A stretch of DNA of 30,951 bases from Candidatus Heimdallarchaeota archaeon (GCA_048881705.1 JBHLSH010000048.1:1-30951); one strand, 5' to 3'; numbered from the stretch's first letter, positions 1 through 9,079 are shown. The notes: generated from the sequence alone by a model not told the origin. Translations and numbers: made by a program.

Positions 1-1
1 A

Positions 2-847
2 AATATTCGTCTCAAAATTGCAGCTGGCCTAATTAACAAGTATGATAAACATGGGAACAAACTTTCAAATCCTCTGCAAGAAACAGGATATTTTAAATTA
101 TCCGAAGTATTGGATGTATATAATATTCAAGATTATGAATTAGTAAAACAGGAATTTCTAAGAAAACGTATTCGACCAGATTCCGTAATTGAAAATATCA
201 TCCCAGAATCAATTGTGATCTGTAATAACCTATCCGAAATCAAAAAACTTCCATCACGCTCAATTGACACGTGTATTTCCTTCTTTCCCTATGATCCAAG
301 AATCAGAAGTAAACCGTACAAAATTGACCCAGATCGATCCAATGTTATTGAACCACATAAAGAATGGATCAAAGAAGTAATAAGAATCTTAAATGAGAGG
401 GGCAATTATCTTATCCATTCTACTCCTGAACTACTTCCATATTATGGAGTATATCTGGACAATTTTTTGCATTTCAAGTACTGGTTGGTAAGTAAGACTG
501 AAACACTCCCTCCTGATCATAACGATGAAGACTCTAAACGGCTTTCTTCAGTTACGAATGGAACCCTTTTTTATCTCAAAACCGATAAAAGATTTCGTAT
601 TAACCGTATACGCGAAACAGTTCGGTGTGAATATTGTAGCCGGAATATCAAAGACTACGGAGGAAAGAAACACCTCATTCACCATAACGGCGCCATAATT
701 TCAGACGTGTGGAAATATATTTCTAGCCCATTAGGGGAGTTTTCTGATCAGCTTCTAGCTAGACTGATAAATCTGTCTTGCGATGCTGATTCTAAATTAT
801 TACTGGCTCCATTCCCAGGTGATCTTCATGCTCGATATAGAGCGTAA
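2..847 (+). CDS. 5'-truncated protein: unknown N-terminal region followed by a degenerate (probably inactive) beta-class N4C/N6A DNA methyltransferase-like domain
   Basis: The frame is open from base 2 (NIRLKIAAGLINKYDKHGNKLSNPLQETGYFKLSEV...), so the track start at TTG 110 is internal. It has MTase-like context (IVICNNLSEIKKLPSRSIDTCIS, WIKEVIRILNERG, SDVW), but the DPPY position reads FFPY (281-292) and the DPFxG position reads APFPG (806-820), followed by a stop. CEYC at 626-637. Confidence 0.7.
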   Translation, partial: NIRLKIAAGLINKYDKHGNKLSNPLQETGYFKLSEVLDVYNIQDYELVKQEFLRKRIRPDSVIENIIPESIVICNNLSEIKKLPSRSIDTCISFFPYDPRIRSKPYKIDPDRSNVIEPHKEWIKEVIRILNERGNYLIHSTPELLPYYGVYLDNFLHFKYWLVSKTETLPPDHNDEDSKRLSSVTNGTLFYLKTDKRFRINRIRETVRCEYCSRNIKDYGGKKHLIHHNGAIISDVWKYISSPLGEFSDQLLARLINLSCDADSKLLLAPFPGDLHARYRA

Positions 848-1643
848 TCGACTATATCAGAACGACTGCATAAAACTTTTACCCCAATTTAAATCCGATA
901 GCGTAGATCTGGTCATTACAGACCCTCCCTACAATTTAAATAAGGCTTACACATCTTATCGTGATGATTTACACGAAGATGATTATGTTGAGTGGTGTAA
1001 CATATGGTTATACCAATTATATCGCATATTGAAACCAACGGGTTCAATTTTTATTATCAATTTACCGAAATGGTGTATGTACCATGCCATCTTCCTTGAT
1101 AAAATAATGTACAGGCAGCGTTGGATTGTTTGGGATGCCTTGTCTGTTCCTCGTGGGAAAATCATGCCAGCACATTATGGTTTACTATATTATACGAAGT
1201 CGCTTGAATATACCTTCAATAAAATAATGACCAAAGCAAGGGATAGTTTTTGTTTACGAAATTCATGCATTAGAAACAGAGAGAGTGATTTGGCGATTCA
1301 ATCCAACGAAATCTCTGATCTCTGGTTTGATCTACATCGGATCAGACATCGTAGGGATCGAGATCCCCATCCATGCCAGCTTCCTATGGCAATGATCGAA
1401 CGTATTATTGCGATGGCATCAGAAAAAGGAGACCTTATCTTTGATCCGTTTATGGGGGTTGGAACTGTGGCTATTGTCGCTAAACTAATGGCGAGGGATT
1501 ATGCTGGGATTGAAATAGATTCTAAATATCGAGAAATCAGCCTGCGTAAGCTAAAAAATGTCAACGATTATCGAATTCACCTAAAAAACATAGAATTCTC
1601 GCCTCACCATGATGAAGGATTAACGAGGTACCTTGATCGCTAA
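828..1643 (+). CDS. Site-specific DNA methyltransferase, beta class (N4C/N6A; N6_N4_Mtase family)
   Basis: Motif IV DPPY (921-932) precedes motif I DPFMGVGT (from 1443), the beta-class order. Also HPCQLP and YAGIEID. The track ORF starts at 783; ATG 828 (MLDIERNRLYQNDC) is the more plausible start and overlaps the upstream ORF by 20 nt. Confidence 0.92.
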   Translation: MLDIERNRLYQNDCIKLLPQFKSDSVDLVITDPPYNLNKAYTSYRDDLHEDDYVEWCNIWLYQLYRILKPTGSIFIINLPKWCMYHAIFLDKIMYRQRWIVWDALSVPRGKIMPAHYGLLYYTKSLEYTFNKIMTKARDSFCLRNSCIRNRESDLAIQSNEISDLWFDLHRIRHRRDRDPHPCQLPMAMIERIIAMASEKGDLIFDPFMGVGTVAIVAKLMARDYAGIEIDSKYREISLRKLKNVNDYRIHLKNIEFSPHHDEGLTRYLDR

Positions 1644-1790
1644 AATTGATTTGGCTAAGACTCTTTTCCCCATAACTGATAGCGCTCTTGAAGTTGATAG
1701 GCAAAACCTATAAGTGAGGAAGTAATCGCCCGTTAGAAGTTTATTCCGTAGGAATTTCTCGGTCACCACAAGATAGGAGTTGGGTTAAAG

Positions 1791-2396
1791 TTGATAAAAA
1801 TTGGATCAGATGCGTTTGTACTAGAAACAAGAAGCCATACCGCGCTATTAACATCGTCTCGTCTAGTTCTAGTTGATACTGCAATGGATCCATCTGCGGA
1901 AAATCTAATTTCTGAAATAAAGGCCTGTGGTTATCATGAAAAAGACATAGCAAATATAATTATAACACATTATCATCGAGATCATACGGGTGGATTAGAG
2001 AGAATGAAAGAAATAACCACGGCGCAGATAGCTTGTCATGAATTGGAAACCGAGCGAATAAGACAGGAAACGGGAGTGAAAATAGATTATCAATTAAAGA
2101 CTCAACAGGTTTACCAAGGATTGCTTGTTATACACACTCCAGGACACACGAAAGGCCATATTGCTTTACTAGATCAAGAAACAGGGTTATTAGTTGCAGG
2201 AGATAGCTTTATGACTAATGAAGAGAAAATAGCTCCCATGCCAGATCAATATAATGAGAATCCAAAGCTTCACCGCATTTCAATGAAGAAATTGCTTGAT
2301 TATCAATTTTCGAAAGTAATCGTCGCCCATGGCCATCCCCTGCTTGATTCGGGCCATCCTCTTTTAAAAACTGCAGTAGATAAAATCCAATATTGA
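1791..2396 (+). CDS. MBL-fold metallo-hydrolase (glyoxalase II-like)
   Basis: THYHRDH (HxHxDH), HTPGHTKGH, AGD and AHGH motifs. TTG start with an upstream GGAG. Confidence 0.9.
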   Translation: MIKIGSDAFVLETRSHTALLTSSRLVLVDTAMDPSAENLISEIKACGYHEKDIANIIITHYHRDHTGGLERMKEITTAQIACHELETERIRQETGVKIDYQLKTQQVYQGLLVIHTPGHTKGHIALLDQETGLLVAGDSFMTNEEKIAPMPDQYNENPKLHRISMKKLLDYQFSKVIVAHGHPLLDSGHPLLKTAVDKIQY

Positions 2397-2443
2397 AATA
2401 GTTTTTTACCCAAATAAACCGCTTCTTGGATTGATCTACTTGA

Positions 2444-4522
2444 TTAAACTTTAGAAATATCCAGAGATGCGCGGATTCGAGATCTGAGTTTCATTTTCTG
2501 TTCGATAATGGTTCTAATTTCACGTGAGAGTTCTTCACGCCGTTGGAGAGCCTTTGGTACTGGCAGTATGAGCTCAAACATCCGTTCTCCCAAGGTAGAT
2601 ATCGTTGATTGGACAAATGTCTTTGATTTAACCTGTTTCTGCACTATTTCGGTGTTCAAGGCCCAGAGTAAAATGTACTCGTCCAAAAAGTTTCTTTCAA
2701 TAACCCGAATCTTTTTCAAATGGCTTTGAATTATTATTTTAGTATCTCTTTTGGTAATCATAGCAGATTTGCCAATAAGGAAGGTTCCATCACTAACGAA
2801 CAATATATCTCCTTCCCGAATATCCTGTTTTTGCTTGTATTGCAAATAAATCTCCTCTGACACCTGTTTCTTGGGATCAATATTGATTTCCCAATTTATC
2901 AGATCAGAGGTTCTCACAAAGGGAATGGATCCAGTTCCGTAGAATTTTGATCCGATTTCATGACCCCGCCGTATTTCGATTATTCCTTCTTGAACTAATC
3001 TTTCAATTGTGAATAGCTGATAATCACCTGTTCGCTCCAATTCTGATAATTCTGTATCGATTTCTGGATTATAATATTCGGGAATCAAGATATTATTTCG
3101 GAGAGAGGTAGAGGGAAAAGAGAAACCAAGGTGAGAATGATCGAGGGTTTTAACTTGGGTAAATAAGTTAAAACGGCTTATGATTTCAGGGAAATCGTCA
3201 TTAAGAATTGGAAAGCCATTCCCATTTTTTAAAACGTTTCCATGGGCATCGAGTTTATATGAGGGTTTGCCATTCTTGTCATGGCCAACGTTATTCGCTA
3301 TTGCCATAAAAAAGTCGTACGATTCGACTTTTTTCTTTTTCTGGAGGAATAGCAAACTAGTTTTGGTATGTGTAAAGGGAAGAAAGGTTAATGGAGAACA
3401 ACTAATGATCCCCAGGATTTTAGAATGTGTCTGGAGATATTCCAAAATGTATCTATCCGTCGGATTCCCAAAAATTCCGTCTGGAAGAACAATACCCAAC
3501 CGACCGTCATCTTTGAGTAAAGAAAGCGCCAATTCAATGAAAAGAATTTGAGGAGGTTGCGAGTCGAGTAGTGATGTTGTTTTCGTCCATATACTTATAC
3601 CAGATTCCTTATCCTTAGATTTTTTCCATCTATGACCTAGTTGAAAAGAATTGAGAATTCCTTGGTTTTTTATCGAAATTTTGGATCCGAACGGGGGATT
3701 TGTTATCACGATATCAAAGGAATTTTGCTTTATTTTAGATGATGATTCGATACCCCAATTTTCTGGATCTGTTAAGGAGTTTTCACAGAATATGGGGTTA
3801 TATTCCACCCCAAGGATCATTAAATAAAGCCGGGCTATCTTGGCCAAGAACCTATCTTTGTCAATTCCGTAAATATTGGCGAGAGGAACTATGGATGCAG
3901 AATTTTTTTCATTTTCGTCGTTAAGGTGTTTAATAACTTCTATCAAGAAACCTCCCGTTCCACAGGCGGGATCAATGACTGATTCTCCTGGTTTGGGATC
4001 TAAAATCGAAACCATTGTTTTAACAACGTTCTTGGGAGTAAAAAACTGGCCTTTGTTTCCTCGTAAGGAAGGCCCCAAAAAAATCTCAAAGGCATCCCCG
4101 ATTGAATCTCTACTGGCTTCACTAATGCTGAAAGGTTGTAATAGTTTGGTCAAGAATCTTAAACTGTAAGAATCGATATTAATTTTATCTTTCTCATCGA
4201 ATGCCATTGGAAATGAATCTTTAAGTTGAACAAAGAGTTTTTTCACCCTTTCATCAAGTATAATACCAGAAGGATGATGTAATTGGAATGAAACTGGTTC
4301 TTCTTGTTTTGTCTGGATCTCATCCTGTATTTTACAGAAGAGAAGGAAAATCAACTGTTCTGCTAATCTTTCATCTCTGGTTGTGCCTTTTAGGTTCCCG
4401 GCCAAATAATTTCTGAGTGATTTAAACACGGATTTGAGGTCCTTGGGAGGTTTTAGATCTTTCCTTTGGAACCATGCAGTTTTATTCTTCTCATCCAAGA
4501 TCAGAGTTACCTCATTTAACAC
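2444..4522 (-). CDS. N6-adenine DNA methyltransferase (HsdM-like, gamma class) fused to a single C-terminal HsdS-like target-recognition domain
   Basis: GQFFTP, VIDPACGTGGFL, YGIDKD, VITNPPFG and GIVLPDG motifs. The C-terminal ~170 aa are TRD-like (IPFVRTSDL, IREGDILF, STISTL). GTG start; an in-frame TAA 16-18 nt upstream excludes an N-terminal extension. Confidence 0.88.
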   Translation of the reverse strand: MLNEVTLILDEKNKTAWFQRKDLKPPKDLKSVFKSLRNYLAGNLKGTTRDERLAEQLIFLLFCKIQDEIQTKQEEPVSFQLHHPSGIILDERVKKLFVQLKDSFPMAFDEKDKINIDSYSLRFLTKLLQPFSISEASRDSIGDAFEIFLGPSLRGNKGQFFTPKNVVKTMVSILDPKPGESVIDPACGTGGFLIEVIKHLNDENEKNSASIVPLANIYGIDKDRFLAKIARLYLMILGVEYNPIFCENSLTDPENWGIESSSKIKQNSFDIVITNPPFGSKISIKNQGILNSFQLGHRWKKSKDKESGISIWTKTTSLLDSQPPQILFIELALSLLKDDGRLGIVLPDGIFGNPTDRYILEYLQTHSKILGIISCSPLTFLPFTHTKTSLLFLQKKKKVESYDFFMAIANNVGHDKNGKPSYKLDAHGNVLKNGNGFPILNDDFPEIISRFNLFTQVKTLDHSHLGFSFPSTSLRNNILIPEYYNPEIDTELSELERTGDYQLFTIERLVQEGIIEIRRGHEIGSKFYGTGSIPFVRTSDLINWEINIDPKKQVSEEIYLQYKQKQDIREGDILFVSDGTFLIGKSAMITKRDTKIIIQSHLKKIRVIERNFLDEYILLWALNTEIVQKQVKSKTFVQSTISTLGERMFELILPVPKALQRREELSREIRTIIEQKMKLRSRIRASLDISKV

Positions 4523-4632
4523 CTTTACCTTATTTTCTTATGATTGTAATTCATCGGTCTTCGTTGGATTGCACGCGTGGCCGTCTCTGCTATCCTAAGA
4601 TAGGTTGATTATACAATTTAATATTTCGGTGA

Positions 4633-4770
4633 TTACTCTTTGCTAGAGGTCTTCTGCATCTTTACCAAGCCACAGCTATTACAAATCCACTTGGTTTGTT
4701 TGTGAAACGAACGTTTGGAAGGTTTCATTTTACGGCGATGGCCCTTTGAAAAACATCGAGGACAGTACAC
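4633..4770 (-). CDS. Small basic zinc-ribbon protein, 45 aa (not in the ORF track)
   Basis: Translated by hand from GTG 4770: MYCPRCFSKGHRRKMKPSKRSFHKQTKWICNSCGLVKMQKTSSKE*. It has CPxC...WxCxxCG knuckles and an upstream purine-rich GGAAGAG. Confidence 0.7.
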   Translation of the reverse strand: MYCPRCFSKGHRRKMKPSKRSFHKQTKWICNSCGLVKMQKTSSKE

Positions 4771-5130
4771 CTGAATTTCTCTTCCACTTTAATACCGATT
4801 AACGTGCCTCATTCAAGACTTTTTTTATCGGATGCTCGATCCTTTTCATGAAACTAATGATCCACAAAAATTAATCTACAAACGTACAAAAAAAGATCCC
4901 ATCCCCTCTATTTCGTTGACATATCTCGGTAAAAATATCGTAATTCGATCATTAGTGGCTAATTAGATAGTAACAACGGACTCAGCCATAATCTCCATGG
5001 TATTCCTAAGGAAAAAAGGGCATAGTTTACTCAGAGCGAAAATCAAACCGAAAAACGTTGCAATATTCCATCATACGGGATCTTAACTTGAAGTAAGTTC
5101 CTCGTACCTAATATTATAAAAGCCTGATAA

Positions 5131-6282
5131 ATGGCGCTATTCCTAACTAAACCAGATTATAAATATCGGTTATTGATGTTAAAAATGTCTGGCCAAAATC
5201 AGGGTTACACTGAGAGATTAAAAGCCTCTTTTCGTAAAATGGTACAACGAGAAGTCGATCAGTTTCAGACTTTCGATAAGGAGTACAGATTATCTTCCCA
5301 TCCCATCAAACGGACATTCCTTGCTCTTAATAAGCTAAATTCAATCCATTCTGGAGAAAATATTTCCATTCCTGAACTGGCTCTAGAGGCAGATCTTCCA
5401 GAGGCCGATATTCATTTTATCCTTCAGGAGTTTATTGAAACTCGTCTTATCGAAGGTTTCGTTAAAAACAATACTTTGGTTTTGCGTCAAGACACCTATT
5501 TTTGCCAGGTGGATCAAACATATCATTCTGTTTTTGAATTGCATTTCCAATGTGAGCGATGTTTACGATTCATTTGTGCAGCATGCTACCGGAAAGGGGA
5601 ATTGGCCGACTGTCCTTTTTGTCGCAGCAGCTTAATTCCTGTACCACGAATATTCAAACAAAAAGATTTAGAGCCGCTAGAACTTCAGTCAAAGAATGTA
5701 CGATCCTCTTTAACGGATTATTACCAGAATCAGAGGGCAAATCTATCTGCTATGGGATTGAGGAAGGTTTCTTCGCAGGTTTTCAAAGATATCAAGGAAT
5801 ATGGTAAAGACATGTCTTTCTCATCGATAAAAGAAAGGACGAAGAGATATTGGACCTTCAGAAAACGTGAACGCGCAATTGACAAGAATGAATCCATCGT
5901 CCTAAGTACAATTACAACCCTGTACGACGTGGAGGGCAAAAACGAAATTGGCCTTTCAAGATTGTCCAAACTTACACAGCTTCCCATCGAGCTGATTAAT
6001 GATATTGTTGTTCGGTTGATTGCCCAACAATCGATAAACGGCTTTCTAGAGAACTCTGACACTCTTCAGGATCTCTCTGATGATAAATTAGTTCTCGGCT
6101 CGAGCACTATCGTTTGCGAACTACATGAAGGAAGTATTTCGATTTCTTCAGCTCACTATAAGTGTGCTAACTGCTTTCGTGCAATCTGTGAAGCTTGTTT
6201 CACAACTATGGAGACGCAGGGTGTTTCCGTATGTTTATTTTGTTCTGGAGAGCTTACATTCTTCGTAACGGAACCCTCATAA
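5131..6282 (+). CDS. Protein with two tandem [PCI-like winged helix + RING/FYVE-like cross-brace zinc finger] modules
   Basis: Two HTH-like segments (ISIPELALEADLPEADIHFILQEFIETRLIEG; IGLSRLSKLTQLPIELINDIVVRLIAQQSING), each followed by C-x2-[D/H]-x12-C-x2-C-x4-C-x2-C-x8/11-C-x2-C. The likely true start is ATG 5185, based on TATA spacing. Confidence 0.75.
   Translation: MALFLTKPDYKYRLLMLKMSGQNQGYTERLKASFRKMVQREVDQFQTFDKEYRLSSHPIKRTFLALNKLNSIHSGENISIPELALEADLPEADIHFILQEFIETRLIEGFVKNNTLVLRQDTYFCQVDQTYHSVFELHFQCERCLRFICAACYRKGELADCPFCRSSLIPVPRIFKQKDLEPLELQSKNVRSSLTDYYQNQRANLSAMGLRKVSSQVFKDIKEYGKDMSFSSIKERTKRYWTFRKRERAIDKNESIVLSTITTLYDVEGKNEIGLSRLSKLTQLPIELINDIVVRLIAQQSINGFLENSDTLQDLSDDKLVLGSSTIVCELHEGSISISSAHYKCANCFRAICEACFTTMETQGVSVCLFCSGELTFFVTEPS
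5157..5164 (+). promoter_or_regulatory. Putative TATA box (TTATAAAT) for a leaderless transcript starting near ATG 5185
   Basis: Matches the archaeal TATA consensus and ends about 20 nt before ATG 5185. Confidence 0.45.
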
Positions 6283-6336
6283 CAGAAAATACAATCTCTT
6301 GAATCTACGTGTATAAGTGGACTCCTTTGATGTAAA

Positions 6337-7530
6337 ATGTCTACGATAAAAGGTAAGTACCCCCGAGAATTCTATATTCTTATTTTTTCGTCCATTACGG
6401 TTTTCCTTGCCTTTGAAACCACGGTTCCAATATTGCCGTTGTATGTTACAAACAAAGGAGCGTCAACTTTCGAGGTTGGTGTGATAATTGGCCTTTTATC
6501 CTTTTCTTTGATGCTGTTTAAGATTCCACTCGGGTTCCTCTCCGAACGTGTCAGTGCAAAATTTGTATTAGCTGCATCAGCGTTAGTACAGAGCTTTTGC
6601 CAGCTTTCTTACTCCCTTCTTCCATCGATTATCTGGTTTTATCCATTGAGAGTACTACACGCTGTTTCGATCGCAGCTATTGTTCCGCTCGCGATCGGAA
6701 AAACGCAAGAATTCGCTCCCAAAGGGAAAACCGGCGAAACCTTAGGCATATTTCTTACCTCCTACGGAGTCGCAATAACCATGGGCCCATTTTTTTGTTC
6801 TTCTTTATTAACCATAATGCCCTACTCACAAGTGTTTCAAACTGCTGCTCTTATTCCTATTTTTGGTCTCATTCCTCTTATGGTTTCAAAGAATATGACA
6901 CAACTGGATCGATCATCAACTAATAAATCAAGAAACTTGATTTCGTCGTTAAATCACATTGCCAATTCACGAAATCTGATAATACTGACGTTTTTACGTT
7001 TATTTTTCGCTATTACCTATGGATTCTTTGTCATATATTTCGTTCTATATGCCGAGGATATTCTGCTCTTCAGTCCAGCTCTAATAGCTTTGCTTCTTGG
7101 CGTTCGGGGTGCCACAGATATGAGTTTAAGGATTCCTGTTGGGAAATTTGTCGATGTTGTCGATGACAGAGTCGTTATTTTCACAGCGTTTGGCATACTC
7201 GCACTTGCCTATTACCTGATTTCTGAATTAACGGAATTCATCCCCCTAGCCATCGTAATGGTCATTTATGGTTTTTCACTGGGTTTAAGAGTTGTTTCCG
7301 AATGGAATATACTAGCAAAGCATTCTCCTCCGGATGCAAGAAAGGTAACTGCGGCATATATTTCCACAATCTTTAACATTGGTTCGGGAATAGGCGCAGT
7401 TTTGGGAGGATTATTGGCAACAACGGTATCCATCCCTGATCTCTTTAAGTTGGCCTCGTTATTGATGGTTTTTCCTTTAATACTTGTGAATTTCATTCAA
7501 AAGAATGTTCAATACGTGAGTGAGAGTTAA
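6337..7530 (+). CDS. MFS transporter (MFS_1-like, about 12 TM helices)
   Basis: 397 aa of repeated hydrophobic helices with MFS motif A-like GFLSERVSAK and GKFVDVVDDR in the two halves. Confidence 0.9.
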   Translation: MSTIKGKYPREFYILIFSSITVFLAFETTVPILPLYVTNKGASTFEVGVIIGLLSFSLMLFKIPLGFLSERVSAKFVLAASALVQSFCQLSYSLLPSIIWFYPLRVLHAVSIAAIVPLAIGKTQEFAPKGKTGETLGIFLTSYGVAITMGPFFCSSLLTIMPYSQVFQTAALIPIFGLIPLMVSKNMTQLDRSSTNKSRNLISSLNHIANSRNLIILTFLRLFFAITYGFFVIYFVLYAEDILLFSPALIALLLGVRGATDMSLRIPVGKFVDVVDDRVVIFTAFGILALAYYLISELTEFIPLAIVMVIYGFSLGLRVVSEWNILAKHSPPDARKVTAAYISTIFNIGSGIGAVLGGLLATTVSIPDLFKLASLLMVFPLILVNFIQKNVQYVSES

Positions 7531-7642
7531 GTAGAGATTACGTGTTTGATACATTATGTTTGATTTTAATTCTCTTCGTGTTATGTATTTCTACCTCGAA
7601 AGGGAAAGTAACAAATATTCTGCTAATTGTACTTGATAATGG

Positions 7643-9079
7643 TTGCTTAAAATGAATGACAAGGTAAATGAGGTTCTTAAATTCATTGATAGAAACATCG
7701 ATAGCCACATCGAGAAACTCCGAGATCTTGTGAAACAACCCAGTGTTTCTGTGAACAGTTACGGAACAAAAAAGTGCGCAGGCATGATTCAGGATTGGAT
7801 GCGCGAGCTTGGATTTCAAAGGGTACACCTATATGCCGAAGACGTAAATCCAATCGTCTTTGGGGAATTCCGGCCAAGTAATCCCGAAAACAAAAAGACA
7901 CTGATGTTATATGGTGCCTATGACTCGAATCCAGTTGAGGAAACAGATTGGAGCTATCCTCCTTATCAAGCAGTATCAATTGAAAAACCAAAGATCGGTA
8001 CTTGCTTGGTGGGAAGGGGTGCAAACAACAAAATGAAAGTCTCTGGTATTATGAACGCTATTGACTCTGTAGCACGAGTCCACGGCGATCTGCCTTTGAA
8101 TCTTCTTGTAGTCTTTGATGGTGAGGAAGAAATGTTTAGTCCTCATCTTTCTGACTTCATAAGTGCAAACAGGGAATGGTTGAATCAAGCTGATGCCCTG
8201 TATATGCCATTTTCCTCACAAAATGCGCAAGGGGTAGCTAGAGTTCAACTAGGATACAAAGGCATATTATACTTAGAGTTGGAGGCGTCTGGCAAGATCT
8301 GGGGGAGAGGGCCAAGCGACCATGAAATTCACAGCATGCACAGACCAGTCGTGGAAAACCCGATTTGGCATCTAATCAATGCCTTGGTGTCCATGACAGG
8401 TAAAGACGGTAATAACGTCGTAATTGAGGGATTCTCCAATGAGATTGAACCCCGGCCAAAAGATTTCTTGAAAGTGATGCAAAACTTGGCAGAGAACTTC
8501 GATTTAAATGCCTACACGAAGGGATTAGGGGTAAGAAATTTGTTATCCGATATAAATACGCCCCTTGAAGCCCTAGAAATTCTTTTTTCAACATCTCAAA
8601 TCAATATCGATGGAATATGGGGCGGTTATACGGGCCCAGGCCCAGAGGCAGTCATTCCTTCCAACGCAAAAGCAAAAATCGAGGTTAGATTAATTCCCAA
8701 CCAAAAAGCAGAGAGGATTTACGATCTCATCAGACAGCATCTTATCAAACACGGTTTTTCAGACATTAAGGTTCAAAAACTTGCTGCTGTCGATTATTGT
8801 CACACAGGCATTGAGAGTGATATTGCTCAGGCATTAATACGTTCCTATGAGCTCAACAATATTAAATATCAGGTCTGGCCAAGTTCTTTGGCTACGATTC
8901 CAATCTCGTTATTCAATCAACCTCCCCTAGAGTTGCCTTTCTCCACAGGATGTGTAGGGTTCGGAGGACATAGCCACGGACCAAACGAGTTTGCGGTAAT
9001 CAAAGGAAAATACCCCATTTCAGGTTTGGCGGAATATGAAAAAGTCATAAGTGCATTAATCTATGAGTACAGCCGATGA
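7643..9079 (+). CDS. M20/M25/M40-family (ArgE/DapE/dipeptidase-like) metallo-hydrolase with non-canonical metal ligands
   Basis: DGEEE, SHGPNE and the overall M20 layout are present, but the first motifs read YGAYD and GRGANNK. The alternative start is ATG 7652. Confidence 0.85.
   Translation: MLKMNDKVNEVLKFIDRNIDSHIEKLRDLVKQPSVSVNSYGTKKCAGMIQDWMRELGFQRVHLYAEDVNPIVFGEFRPSNPENKKTLMLYGAYDSNPVEETDWSYPPYQAVSIEKPKIGTCLVGRGANNKMKVSGIMNAIDSVARVHGDLPLNLLVVFDGEEEMFSPHLSDFISANREWLNQADALYMPFSSQNAQGVARVQLGYKGILYLELEASGKIWGRGPSDHEIHSMHRPVVENPIWHLINALVSMTGKDGNNVVIEGFSNEIEPRPKDFLKVMQNLAENFDLNAYTKGLGVRNLLSDINTPLEALEILFSTSQINIDGIWGGYTGPGPEAVIPSNAKAKIEVRLIPNQKAERIYDLIRQHLIKHGFSDIKVQKLAAVDYCHTGIESDIAQALIRSYELNNIKYQVWPSSLATIPISLFNQPPLELPFSTGCVGFGGHSHGPNEFAVIKGKYPISGLAEYEKVISALIYEYSR

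Noticed and set aside
783-847. Programmed frameshift or sequencing error fusing the two beta-class MTase ORFs
   Set aside because: There is no slippery or homopolymer tract in the overlap, and ORF2 has its own plausible ATG at 828. A read check is still advisable.
1791-2396. MBL as a beta-lactamase or nuclease, forming a beta-lactam theme with C45 and M19
   Set aside because: It has no signal peptide, a generic glyoxalase II-type ligand set and no beta-CASP domain, and it lies outside the metabolic island.
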